DNA from: Pseudomonas phage phi3
Sequence record: KT887559.1
Strand: one strand, 5' to 3'
DNA: 32,637 nucleotides
Under the pieces are notes generated by a model. That model was not told the DNA's origin, did no database searches, and saw nothing but the letters and a program-made list of their open reading frames with translations. Positions 8,564 through 17,106 of this stretch are shown here, piece by piece. The translations under genes were made by a program, and so were the position numbers. Every line of letters starts with the position of its first letter. Position 1 is the stretch's first letter.

Positions 8564-8923
8564 ATGACGAAGAACGAAGAAAGCCTGGGCAAGCTCTTTG
8601 GAGCCCAACTGGTCAAGTCGCTGATCGATATACAGGCAACCAAGGTACTGCGGCGCCTGGTACCGGCGGCACTCTGTCACACGGAAACAGGGGGAGTCGT
8701 TGGGCGCCTTCTGCTCGGCCTCGAGGACGGAGAGGCACACCCCTTCAACCTGAACGACCTACGGCGCCTGGATCCGATCCTGCAGGACGAATGCCTGTTG
8801 GTCATCGCTCTGGACGGAACCGCCATGTTGAAAGTCCGCCAGCGCATCGAGCGCGACGACAACGGCCGCGTGGTATGGGCCCTGCTGAACAGCATGTGGG
8901 CGCCGAAACAGCCGAACGCCTGA
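8564..8923 (+). CDS. Hypothetical protein (119 aa), paralog B of the tandem pair
   Basis: ATG at 8564 with a GAAGGA RBS. It is clearly homologous to 8187-8534 over about 80 residues (VVGRLLLGLEDGEAHPFNLNDLRRLDPILQDECLLVIALDG vs TIGRFLLGLYNGEEFPFDLTDLRGLDLDLFQDCLAVLVMDY). Confidence 0.65.
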   Translation: MTKNEESLGKLFGAQLVKSLIDIQATKVLRRLVPAALCHTETGGVVGRLLLGLEDGEAHPFNLNDLRRLDPILQDECLLVIALDGTAMLKVRQRIERDDNGRVVWALLNSMWAPKQPNA

Positions 8924-8993
8924 TGGCATGAAGAAGAGGCGTCGAGGAGTAGCCGCTCCCCGACGCCAACCACCAACCAAGGAGAGTCACACG

Positions 8994-9260
8994 ATGACGA
9001 AACACCCAAGCGGTAGCGCCGTAAAGGCTACCACAGCACCGCGACACCTGGTCGCTCTGGCCATCGTCGGCGGCGCCCTGATCGCATTCCAGGTCAACAA
9101 GACCGACGCCACCCGGGCCAGCCTGCAGAGCGTCACCGACATGGCCCGTCGCCTCGGCCAGTTGAACGACCAAGACGTCTCAGTTGTCGCCGAGCTGCTG
9201 GCCAGTCCTGTCCGTACCGCAGAGCCCGCCATCCCGTTAGGAGAACGCCCCTATGTCTAA
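8994..9260 (+). CDS. Hypothetical small membrane protein (88 aa, one predicted TM helix [17 protein letters not shown])
   Basis: ATG at 8994 preceded by AAGGAGAG. The track ORF starts at 8928 with a basic N-extension that lacks an RBS. Confidence 0.5.
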   Translation: MTKHPSGSAVKATTAPRHLVALAIVGGALIAFQVNKTDATRASLQSVTDMARRLGQLNDQDVSVVAELLASPVRTAEPAIPLGERPYV

Positions 9261-9498
9261 CTCCCGTACCGCCGAAAAGTTCGTAGTGCGCCTACCTGAC
9301 GGCATGCGCGATCGGGTCGCGGAGACTGCGCGGGACAACCATCGCAGCATGAATTCGGAGATCATCGCCCGCTTGGAACAGACACTACTCGACGACCAGT
9401 CCCGCCAGCACCAGGACCGGCTGGTCCAGTTGCTTAACGCACGGATCGATGCCCTGGAAGAGGAGCTGCAGCTCTACCGCAAAGGAGCCCACGCATGA
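9253..9498 (+). CDS. Arc/Mnt-family ribbon-helix-helix DNA-binding protein
   Basis: 81 aa. [35 protein letters not shown] closely resembles the P22 Mnt/Arc beta-strand plus helix A (..GRSMNSE..). The stop overlaps the next start (ATGA). Confidence 0.7.
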   Translation: MSNSRTAEKFVVRLPDGMRDRVAETARDNHRSMNSEIIARLEQTLLDDQSRQHQDRLVQLLNARIDALEEELQLYRKGAHA

Positions 9499-9725
9499 AA
9501 GCTGACCGTCACGGCACCCTGGCCGAGCAAAAGCGGTTTGCCCTGCGCTGGCAGGACGTGAACCAACGCCCGGAATGCGGAAATTGCCGATACCTGCGCA
9601 CCGAGAAAGCCCCGGCCGCGACCTGCCCAGGCGCTGCCGTCCAGGCGATCCACCACTGCGACCGAGGCGGATTCCTAACGACCAGGACCGCGATCTGCGA
9701 CCAGCACAGGAGGATCAGCCAATGA
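9495..9725 (+). CDS. Hypothetical Cys-rich protein (76 aa; CGNC..C..HHC..C, putative zinc ribbon)
   Basis: Translationally coupled to the RHH gene upstream and to the ORF downstream. No known family was recognised. Confidence 0.5.
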   Translation: MKADRHGTLAEQKRFALRWQDVNQRPECGNCRYLRTEKAPAATCPGAAVQAIHHCDRGGFLTTRTAICDQHRRISQ

Positions 9726-10000
9726 TCGGCTCGCCGGTTCACCTGCAAGAACGCCGCGTGTTCAATGTCAGCGAAGAGCGCAACCGGCAAGCACGCAAGC
9801 AACTGTGGCTGCCGTCCACGTTCGTGATCGTCGAAGCCTCGCCGGTGCTCAACTACTTCAGCGGCCTGGGCGTCGTCCAGATCCCGCTGCCGCCGGGGGA
9901 GTTCCTGGTGGGCATGCAGGATCCCGCCGGCGCCCGGCGCTTCGGAATGGTCAGGTTCGAGGGGATCCACGACCTGGAGGGATGGGAGGAACAGACATAA
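9722..10000 (+). CDS. Hypothetical protein (92 aa)
   Basis: ATG at 9722 preceded by AGGAGG; start overlaps the previous stop. Last gene before the terminator. Confidence 0.55.
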   Translation: MIGSPVHLQERRVFNVSEERNRQARKQLWLPSTFVIVEASPVLNYFSGLGVVQIPLPPGEFLVGMQDPAGARRFGMVRFEGIHDLEGWEEQT

Positions 10001-10002
10001 CA

Positions 10003-10034
10003 AAGGGCGCTTCGGCGCCCTTTCTCATTTTGTC
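10003..10034 (+). terminator. Rho-independent terminator closing the early/cargo operon
   Basis: AAGGGCGC-TTCG-GCGCCCTT hairpin followed by TCTCATTTTGT. Confidence 0.65.
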
Positions 10035-10310
10035 CAGAGTTAGCGCACTGTAGCTGCGACGCTATAACAACATAACCAGCTATATACCCGACCCGCACAG
10101 ACCAACCACCAAACAACAAGAAATTAGCTATTCGAGCAACTTTAAAGAGTGCAAAACTCTCACTCAGAAAAACATTTAAAAAGAAAAACATTCTATTGAA
10201 ATACCAATAACGAAACCGCCACCACCGCCAAACATATCTACACTCTAGAATCCAGAAAAAACCGTTCATCGCCCCACATCCAGAAAATAAAATCAAGCCT
10301 GAAAAAGTGC

Positions 10311-10338
10311 TTGACCAAGCAAAATAGAGACATATAAA
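10311..10338 (+). promoter_or_regulatory. Strong sigma70-type promoter inside the AT-rich island (TTGACC 10311-10316, 16-bp spacer, TATAAA 10333-10338)
   Basis: The hexamers were read directly. The ORF at 10363 is about 20 nt downstream, giving a short, weak-RBS leader. Confidence 0.5.
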
Positions 10339-10362
10339 GTTCGCTCCCATCAATTGGCCAGC

Positions 10363-10587
10363 ATGGAGTACCGGCAAATGGGAGACCTCACAATTACTGA
10401 GCTGCGCGACCAACTTAACGACGTACAACACGCGCTTAGTTTCGTGAGTGGGGCAGTTGGTTCCGTTCCGCTAACAGAGCCTGAGCGCCTAGGCGCTCAA
10501 GTGATTATCAACTGGGTGAACAGCGACCTGGCGGGAACCTCCAAACTGTTGGAGAAGATTGGACGTCAGGGCAACAACCCCAGTTGA
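10363..10587 (+). CDS. Orphan hypothetical protein (74 aa) in the low-GC island; candidate lysogeny-expressed moron
   Basis: ATG at 10363 (the track ORF begins at TTG 10354). Unusual composition. Convergent with ogr and overlaps its 3' end by 22 nt. Confidence 0.4.
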   Translation: MEYRQMGDLTITELRDQLNDVQHALSFVSGAVGSVPLTEPERLGAQVIINWVNSDLAGTSKLLEKIGRQGNNPS

Positions 10588-10823
10588 TCGAACAAGGCTC
10601 GTTGCTGGTGGCGGGGCATTTCGCGGAGACGGTCAAACAGAATTCGCTCTAGCGGCTCCGCCGCCGGAACCAAGGTATGCGAGAACGCGAGATTCATAAC
10701 GAAACGATGTCCGCATCCCTTAGCATCCAAACACTGGCAATACAACTTAGCGAACTCAGGCGTAATATCTTCCCGCGTTGCGATTCTCGCTTTCGATCCA
10801 CACAACTTACAGTAGACCCGCAT
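10566..10823 (-). CDS. ogr: Ogr/Delta-family zinc-finger late-gene transcription activator
   Basis: 85 aa. MRVYCKLCGSKARIATREDITPEFAKLYCQCLDAKGCGH has the C-x2-C...C-x4-C pattern of P2 Ogr and P4 Delta. It lies downstream of P-Q on the minus strand. Confidence 0.8.
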   Translation of the reverse strand: MRVYCKLCGSKARIATREDITPEFAKLYCQCLDAKGCGHRFVMNLAFSHTLVPAAEPLERILFDRLREMPRHQQRALFDQLGLLP

Positions 10824-10867
10824 ATCTCCCCCTACGGTCCCGACCAGGAACCTATTTTGCCATAAAG

Positions 10868-11872
10868 CTAGCCTGCTGAGGCTTCTTTAAACGCAATGTG
10901 CCGGTCTCCTCTGAGCACTTCATTCACCTGAAGGAACAGCTGTTGGATCGGCCGAATCTCGTTATTCATGTACACCCGGTCGATCTTCTCAATATCACCG
11001 AATCCAGCGCTATTCTCCGGAATGATTCCCGCCAGCGCCGGGTTCATTCGCCAAGCGGCGATAACATCGTTACGGGTTATGTTCTTGACCTTCTCCAGTT
11101 CGTCCTTCGCCTGGAAATCGCCGACCGGGATTATCTGGATCGCCTTTTCAGAGCCGCCTGGGATGTTGACGAACATAGAGCGAAAGTTTCCGACTCCCTT
11201 ACTTGCCGCAATCTGCTGTTTCAGATTCTCTTCATCTTCTTCCGACAAGTTCTCGTCGTTCGTATAGAACACATATCCGGCATGGGCGCCGTTACTGTAG
11301 TAGCGCCGGCGAAACAGTGTCGCCGCTTCGTTCAACAGCAGCGACTGGAGCCCGCCCAGGTAGTCGGGTATCCCGTAGATGTTCTGCTCCACGTCGTACT
11401 CTTTCAGGTGCAGCACTTCGTCCTGGTCGAACTCCAGTTCCTCACCATGCGGCAGTAACATGGTGTACCCGCCGTCCAATCGGCAACGCATGTTGATCGC
11501 CGGCAGGTGCTCCAGCTCCAGGACCTGGCCGGCGATGTTCTCGCGCAGGTAAAGGAAACATTCCCCGAACACCATATGGTCCAGGCCTACACAGCGCATC
11601 GTCTGCACGCTGAGCCCGAGGGACGGGAGAAAGTCACGCAACAGCAGGTTGCGCTTGAACGGTGCAATGGCGCCGTGATGGGGGTTTGCGCGCAACAGCT
11701 TCGCCAGCCCCTGGCGCGACACGGGCGGCAGGTAGATCCGCCCGCACTCGCTGGCGAAGACGCCCAGGTACTCGCCGATATTCTGTGTCAGCACCTGTTC
11801 CGGTGCGCCGAACGAGAACGCGCGCGCGCCGTTGCGCTGTTGTGCCTGCTGCCGTGGTTTTCGCTTTGCCAT
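10868..11872 (-). CDS. Phage portal protein (P2 gpQ-like)
   Basis: 334 aa. It sits downstream of the terminase ATPase on the same strand and has P2 Q-like length and sequence character. ATG at 11872. Confidence 0.9.
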   Translation of the reverse strand: MAKRKPRQQAQQRNGARAFSFGAPEQVLTQNIGEYLGVFASECGRIYLPPVSRQGLAKLLRANPHHGAIAPFKRNLLLRDFLPSLGLSVQTMRCVGLDHMVFGECFLYLRENIAGQVLELEHLPAINMRCRLDGGYTMLLPHGEELEFDQDEVLHLKEYDVEQNIYGIPDYLGGLQSLLLNEAATLFRRRYYSNGAHAGYVFYTNDENLSEEDEENLKQQIAASKGVGNFRSMFVNIPGGSEKAIQIIPVGDFQAKDELEKVKNITRNDVIAAWRMNPALAGIIPENSAGFGDIEKIDRVYMNNEIRPIQQLFLQVNEVLRGDRHIAFKEASAG

Positions 11873-13682
11873 GGGTCGCCTGTGTCGAGCTGCTGAGGGA
11901 ATAGCGGCTGCGCCGCCGCTTGTTGGTGTTCAGGGGTTCATGAGCCAGCGCATGCATGATCGACCAGGCCACGTCGGCATGGCCGGTTGCCTCAGTCCTA
12001 GACGCGCTGTAGGTAATCAGGCCGCTGGCCGTGGTGCCGCGCTTGATCGACAGGAACGCCGCCGCGACCTCGGTCCAACCGGCATCCCATTCGATGCGCT
12101 TGCCCTGGATCACGTCCTGGGCCTTGAGCACCAGGGCGTTCTTCGCCTCCAGGCTGTAGTGAATCGGAGTAGCCCGGGGGAAGAAGTCTTTCACCAGGTC
12201 GAACACCCCGTAACCGACGCCGGTAATGTCGATGCCGATGTGCTGGACGTTGAAGCGCTCGCACAGCTTCTCGATCTGCTTTGCCTGATGCGTGAACGAC
12301 GTCCCCCGCCAGCTGTGCTTCTCCAGGATTCGGAACTTGCCGCCCGGCTCCAGGGGCGGGGCAACGACAACGCACGTCGCGTCGTCGCGGGTTCGACTGG
12401 GGTCATACCCGAGCCAGACCGGGCGGTTGTCGAACGGCCGCGGGCTGTCCGGGTCGTAGTCGGTCCATAGGCCCAAGTCGGAATAGCAGCGCTCCAGGTC
12501 GGCCAAGGCGAATGCAGCCTGGGTGCTGTCGATGAACTTGCACATGAACAGCTGTTCGAAGCGCTCTTCGTCGTACTCCAGCTGCAGGCGCTCCAGGTCG
12601 AACAGGTTGCAGCCGCCGGCGATGGCGTCTTGAATCGTGATGACCTTGCGCCACTGCCCGTCCGGGCACAACGCGCCGGCGTGGATCTGCGCTTCGCTGG
12701 GCCACGGCCCGGCCTTCTTTCCGCGCTTGCTGTTGCGGAACTCCTCGCCGGTCCAGTACGGATATGCCTGGTGCGTTACCGCGCTGGGCGTGGAGAAGTA
12801 GGTCAGGCGCCACTTTGCATGCGAGGCCATCGCGCTGGCCACCGTCTGCAGCTTCTGGAAATTGGGGATCCAGAACACTTCGTCGATGTAGACGTGGCCG
12901 TGGTAGCTCTGCGCCGTGTTGCTGTTCGTCGAGAGAAACCGCAGTTCCGCCCACGGCTTGCCGTCTTTGCTCAAGATGATGGGATTGCCGGACAGCTCGA
13001 TATCGAACCATTGCGCGGCGAAGGCGACGATGTAGCTGCGGAACACTTCGGACTGGGCGCGGCTCGCGGACAGGAAAATCTGGTTGTCCCCGGTCAGCAC
13101 TGCGTCCATGAACGCTTCGGCGGCGAAGTAGTAGGTCAGCCCGATCTGGCGCGACTTCAGGATATGGCGGATCCGCGCCGTAAGCGGATTCTTCTTCGCC
13201 GCGAACAGTTCCAGCTGGTAGCCGAACATCCGCGACGTGAACTTGTCCAGGAAGTCGATTTCGGTCACGCCGGAGACGTCATTCTTCAACTTTTTGGGCT
13301 TGCGTTTGCCCTCTCGTGGCGGACGCTCGCCGCGCTCCCGGCCGCGCTCGGCGCGGGCTTCCGGTGCGGGCTCGCCTGCAGGTGACGGCGCAGGCCTGGC
13401 CGCCTGCTTCTGCAGGCGCTCGCGGATCGAGGTCAGTCGGTCCAGTTCGTCCAGGTCTGCTTTCGACAACGCCCCAGGCTTCTCCGCAATCAGCGTGATC
13501 CGCCGGCTGATCGCGGCCAGGGGTTCTTCATCTGTCAGCAGTTCGTCCCAGCCGCCCCGGGCGATCCAGTAATAGACGATGCGGACGTTGGGCAGGCCCA
13601 GCTGGGCCTGTATCTCCTTCGGCTTCGCCCGCCGGAGATACAGCCGCTTGGCGGCTTCCTTCACTTCGATTGAGTACGACAT
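11634..13682 (-). CDS. Terminase large (ATPase) subunit (P2 gpP-like), with an unusual 79-aa Arg/Ala-rich C-terminal tail overlapping the portal start by 239 nt
   Basis: Start chosen at ATG 13682 (MSYSIEVKEAAKRLYL...). The track ORF extends upstream to 13913 without support. A Walker-like ILKSRQIGLTYYFAAEA segment and terminase nuclease region are present. Confidence 0.88.
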   Translation of the reverse strand: MSYSIEVKEAAKRLYLRRAKPKEIQAQLGLPNVRIVYYWIARGGWDELLTDEEPLAAISRRITLIAEKPGALSKADLDELDRLTSIRERLQKQAARPAPSPAGEPAPEARAERGRERGERPPREGKRKPKKLKNDVSGVTEIDFLDKFTSRMFGYQLELFAAKKNPLTARIRHILKSRQIGLTYYFAAEAFMDAVLTGDNQIFLSASRAQSEVFRSYIVAFAAQWFDIELSGNPIILSKDGKPWAELRFLSTNSNTAQSYHGHVYIDEVFWIPNFQKLQTVASAMASHAKWRLTYFSTPSAVTHQAYPYWTGEEFRNSKRGKKAGPWPSEAQIHAGALCPDGQWRKVITIQDAIAGGCNLFDLERLQLEYDEERFEQLFMCKFIDSTQAAFALADLERCYSDLGLWTDYDPDSPRPFDNRPVWLGYDPSRTRDDATCVVVAPPLEPGGKFRILEKHSWRGTSFTHQAKQIEKLCERFNVQHIGIDITGVGYGVFDLVKDFFPRATPIHYSLEAKNALVLKAQDVIQGKRIEWDAGWTEVAAAFLSIKRGTTASGLITYSASRTEATGHADVAWSIMHALAHEPLNTNKRRRSRYSLSSSTQATHGKAKTTAAGTTAQRRARVLVRRTGTGADTEYRRVPGRLRQRVRADLPAARVAPGAGEAVARKPPSRRHCTVQAQPAVA

Positions 13683-13839
13683 GGGGCGCAGTCTATGCGC
13701 CGGAAATCGCCCTAACGCGCTCCGCAACTGCCTGTTTTTACTAACGAAATAAGATCGCAGGAACGCGCAGTGGATCCGCTTTCTTGGCCCTTCCCCGCTC
13801 CCTATCGTGGCGCTCAACGACACCAACCGAGCACCACGA
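13683..13839. promoter_or_regulatory. Divergent late-promoter region between P (minus) and O (plus); expected Ogr-dependent promoters
   Basis: Inferred from gene arrangement only (P2 PP/PO). No clean TGT-N12-ACA Ogr box was found by eye. Confidence 0.35.
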
Positions 13840-14793
13840 ATGCCCCGTTCCCTTGTTTCACCGTGGAAGCGCGTGGCCGTCAGCGGCGACACCGTAGACG
13901 GGCGCGTCATCACCGAGCAGGAACTGCGCGACTGCGCGGAAACCTACGACCGCAGTTTCTACACGGCGACGATCTGGGCCGAACATGATCGCTGGAGGGG
14001 CGCCCACGGCACGGTCTACGAGGTGCGCCTGGTCGAAGCAAAGGACGACCCGGAACTTGAGCCCGGCCAGGTCAGCTTGGAAGCCCGCCTGCGCCCGAAC
14101 GACGACCTGCTGGCCCTGAACGACCAGGGCAAAGGCCTGTTCTCCAGCATCGAGATCTGGCCGAACTTCCGCAATTCCGGCCGCTGCTACCTCTCCGGTA
14201 TGGCCGTCACCGACGAGCCGGCAAGCACCCGCACCCAGGAACTGTATTTCTCCCGCCGCCGCCCCAACGGCGCTGGCGTCCGCTTCTTCACCAGTTCCCA
14301 CCCCCTCAGCAACCTGCGCGAAGACGACGGCGCGACCGCGCCCGAGGTGCGCGGCCTGATCGCCTCGCTAACCCGCGTGTTCAAGCTCTTCAGCGTCCCC
14401 AACACCCCCACCGAAAACCCATCATCCGACGAGGTAGAACCAATGGATGAAGCCACCGCCAAGGCCCTCAAGGCCCTTTACGATCAACTGGTTATCATCC
14501 TGGCCGGGCTCCAGGCAGTGATCGAACCCGTCGTCGAAGACGTGGACACCAGCGACACCCAGGAACAAGTCGATGCCGTTGGCGCCGCCGTCCAGGACGT
14601 GGTGGACCAGGCCGACGAAGAACGCGACTTCAAGCGCAAGAAGGGCAAGGAAGGCAAGGAAACCAAGGAACTCAGCGCCCGCATGGATGAGCTGCAGGAC
14701 ACCATGGCCAAGCTGCTCAACACCGCCCAGGGGCGCAAGATCCCGCGCACCACTGGCGCCGCCGCCAAGGCTCGCGGTAAGGGGCTGCGCTAA
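13840..14793 (+). CDS. Capsid scaffolding protein (P2 gpO-like)
   Basis: PWKRVAVSGDTVDGRVITEQEL matches the P2 gpO N-terminus (KFFRIGVEGDTCDGRVIS). The C-terminal half is an acidic coiled-coil. The ATG at 13840 is preferred over GTG 13807. Confidence 0.85.
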   Translation: MPRSLVSPWKRVAVSGDTVDGRVITEQELRDCAETYDRSFYTATIWAEHDRWRGAHGTVYEVRLVEAKDDPELEPGQVSLEARLRPNDDLLALNDQGKGLFSSIEIWPNFRNSGRCYLSGMAVTDEPASTRTQELYFSRRRPNGAGVRFFTSSHPLSNLREDDGATAPEVRGLIASLTRVFKLFSVPNTPTENPSSDEVEPMDEATAKALKALYDQLVIILAGLQAVIEPVVEDVDTSDTQEQVDAVGAAVQDVVDQADEERDFKRKKGKEGKETKELSARMDELQDTMAKLLNTAQGRKIPRTTGAAAKARGKGLR

Positions 14794-15815
14794 TGGGAGC
14801 CCTCAGCGAACGCGCCCAGGCGCAGTACCAGCAACTCCAAGAGGACATGGCCGAGGCCTATAACGTCCACGACACCGCCCGCACCTTCGCAGTGGAGCCC
14901 ACCCACGCCCAGGAACTCAACGACCAGATCACCGAGCGCGCCGACTTCCTCGGTCGCATCAACGTCGTCCCGGTCAGCGAGATCAAGGGCGAAAAGGTTC
15001 TGCTGGGCCTGAACGGACCTGCGTCGAGCCGCACCGACACCAGCACCAAGGACCGCGAGCCCCGCGACTTGCTGGACCTGAAGAACAACGAATACGAACT
15101 CTTCCACACCGAAACGGACGTGGCCCTGAAGTTCGCCACCATCGACAGCTGGGCAAAGTTCCCGGACTTTGCCGACCGCTACCTGGCGGCGGTTCAGCGC
15201 CGCATCGCCCTGGACCGGATCCTGATCGGCTTCCACGGCACCCATGCGGCCAAGCAGACCGACCTCCAGCAATTCCCGATGCTCCAGGACGTGAACAAAG
15301 GCTGGCTGCAACTGGCCCGCGAGCTGATCCCGGAACAGGTACTGAAATCTGCCGACCCGGCCAAGAAAATCGTCATTGGCAAGGGTGGCGACTATGCCAA
15401 CCTCGACGCGGCTGTGCATGACGTCAAGCAGATGATCGACCCTGTGTTCCGCGACGAAGGCGACCTGGTGGCGATCATCGGTTCCGACCTGCTGGCATAC
15501 GACAAGGGCAAGCTGTATGCCGCGCAGGGTCAGACCCCGACCGAGAAAGAACGGATCGAGGAAGCCCAGGTGATCGCCACCTATGGCGGCCTGCCGTCCT
15601 TCCTGGTGCCGTTCTTCCCGGTCAAGGGAATCATGGTCACCAGTTGGGACAACCTGTCGATCTACTTCCAGGACACCAGTTGGCGGCGCCATCTGCTGGA
15701 GAACCCCAAGCGCTCCCGCGTCGAGGACTACAACGGGCGCAATGAAGGTTACGTGATCGAACAGTTGGGCAAGTTCGCTGCGCTGGAATCCGATTCCGTG
15801 GAGCTTGCGCCGTGA
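14793..15815 (+). CDS. Major capsid protein (P2 gpN-like)
   Basis: 340 aa in the O-N-M-L order; ATG overlaps the O stop (TAATG). Confidence 0.88.
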   Translation: MGALSERAQAQYQQLQEDMAEAYNVHDTARTFAVEPTHAQELNDQITERADFLGRINVVPVSEIKGEKVLLGLNGPASSRTDTSTKDREPRDLLDLKNNEYELFHTETDVALKFATIDSWAKFPDFADRYLAAVQRRIALDRILIGFHGTHAAKQTDLQQFPMLQDVNKGWLQLARELIPEQVLKSADPAKKIVIGKGGDYANLDAAVHDVKQMIDPVFRDEGDLVAIIGSDLLAYDKGKLYAAQGQTPTEKERIEEAQVIATYGGLPSFLVPFFPVKGIMVTSWDNLSIYFQDTSWRRHLLENPKRSRVEDYNGRNEGYVIEQLGKFAALESDSVELAP

Positions 15816-16546
15816 GCCTGGCCCTGGCCCACAAGCGCCGGATTCTGGCCGAGGGCGTGGCGGCTGGTGCCGCCACCGTCCCGGCCTACAACCCGAGCGA
15901 GGCCCTGAACAGCCCAGCGAACGCGCAGAAGCACCTGGCCCTGATGCTGACCGCCCTGGATGGCGACCTGGAGCGCATCAGCGCGATCAACAGCCGCGAA
16001 GAACGCCAGCGCCTGAAGCGCGACGAACTGCTGCCCAAGTATCTGGACTATGTGCAGCGCTACCGCGCCGCCGGCCTGGTCTACCCGAATCCGGTCCTGG
16101 TCCAGGTGCTGGTCTGGCTGTTCGACACGGTTCAGTTCGAGGACGGCCTGGAACTGGCCCTGTTCGCTATCGAGCAGGGCCAGGAGATGCCGGAGCGCTT
16201 CAAGCGCCGCGATATCCAGACCTTTGTCGCTGATGCCGTCATCGACTGGGCCGAAGCCGAGTACAAGGCCTTGCGCAGTCCCGAACCCTACGTCTCCAAC
16301 CTCCTGCCGTTGGTCGATGGCCAGTGGACGTTGTTCGAGCGGATCCCGGCGCGCTTCCACAAGGTGCTGGGCCAGATCGCGATGGATAACGAGGAGTGGA
16401 CGCAGGCTATCGAGCACTTCGACCGAGCCGTGGAGCTGTATCCGGAAATCGGCGTCGGCACCCGCCGAGCCACCGCCGCCAAGGCGCTGGCCAAGGCAGA
16501 AGCCGACGCGAAGACAACCCCGGACGCGCCCCCGGCGGCCCCTTAA
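15812..16546 (+). CDS. Terminase small/endonuclease subunit (P2 gpM-like)
   Basis: 244 aa. Conserved position after N. GTG start overlaps the N stop. Confidence 0.8.
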   Translation: MSLALAHKRRILAEGVAAGAATVPAYNPSEALNSPANAQKHLALMLTALDGDLERISAINSREERQRLKRDELLPKYLDYVQRYRAAGLVYPNPVLVQVLVWLFDTVQFEDGLELALFAIEQGQEMPERFKRRDIQTFVADAVIDWAEAEYKALRSPEPYVSNLLPLVDGQWTLFERIPARFHKVLGQIAMDNEEWTQAIEHFDRAVELYPEIGVGTRRATAAKALAKAEADAKTTPDAPPAAP

Positions 16547-16643
16547 CCGACTACCCCCCGCAGCGGGGCGCGCCCAGGCAAGACGGCTACCTGTAGTCCG
16601 TTCGACCCGAAGGCGTTAGCCCCGCCCTATTCGAGTGTCACGC

Positions 16644-17105
16644 ATGAGCTTTTCCGGCAAACCCACCAACGTGATCCAGCAGGCCATCCCCAACGACGGG
16701 TTCTGGCCTGAACTGCAGGTGGCCGAGTTCCAGCGGCTGTACCGCCTGCCGGCGGAATTCCTGCTTGATCTGCTGGTTGACGGCGTGACCACTGCCCGGG
16801 CCGAGGTGAACCAGGACCTGGCCAAGCGCAAGCGCGCCTGGCAGACCGCCGGGGTCACTCGGCTGGAAACCGCAGATCCGCAGGTGCTGCCGGATCGCGC
16901 CGAGTACGTGGCGCACTACAAGCGCGCCGTCTACTGCCGCGCCAAGGCTCAGCTGCTGGGCCAGTTCGCAACGGTCAACCGCCGTCCCGAAGCCGAGAAC
17001 CTGGCGAAAGAAGCCGAACAGACCCGCGAGCTGTTCCTTTCGTACAGCCAGCAGGCCGTCCGCCTGATCCAGGGCCGGTCGCGCATCACGGCGGAGCTGA
17101 TCTGA
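16644..17105 (+). CDS. Head completion/stabilisation protein (P2 gpL-like)
   Basis: About 153 aa from ATG 16644 (the track ORF starts at GTG 16635). Conserved position after M. Confidence 0.8.
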   Translation: MSFSGKPTNVIQQAIPNDGFWPELQVAEFQRLYRLPAEFLLDLLVDGVTTARAEVNQDLAKRKRAWQTAGVTRLETADPQVLPDRAEYVAHYKRAVYCRAKAQLLGQFATVNRRPEAENLAKEAEQTRELFLSYSQQAVRLIQGRSRITAELI

Positions 17106-17106
17106 T

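Noticed and set aside
9853-10431. 192-aa minus-strand ORF spanning the AT-rich island (Phe/Trp/Tyr-rich product)
   Set aside because: The plus strand here is A/C-rich and very G-poor, so the minus strand is A-poor and nearly stop-free by composition alone. The ORF also runs antisense through a well-supported plus-strand gene, its terminator and the predicted promoter.
16547-16634. GC-rich hairpin (CCCCGC-AG-CGGGG) between gpM and gpL as a possible cos site
   Set aside because: No resemblance to the P2 cos ends, and the position within the head operon is not where P2-like cos sites lie. Left uncalled.
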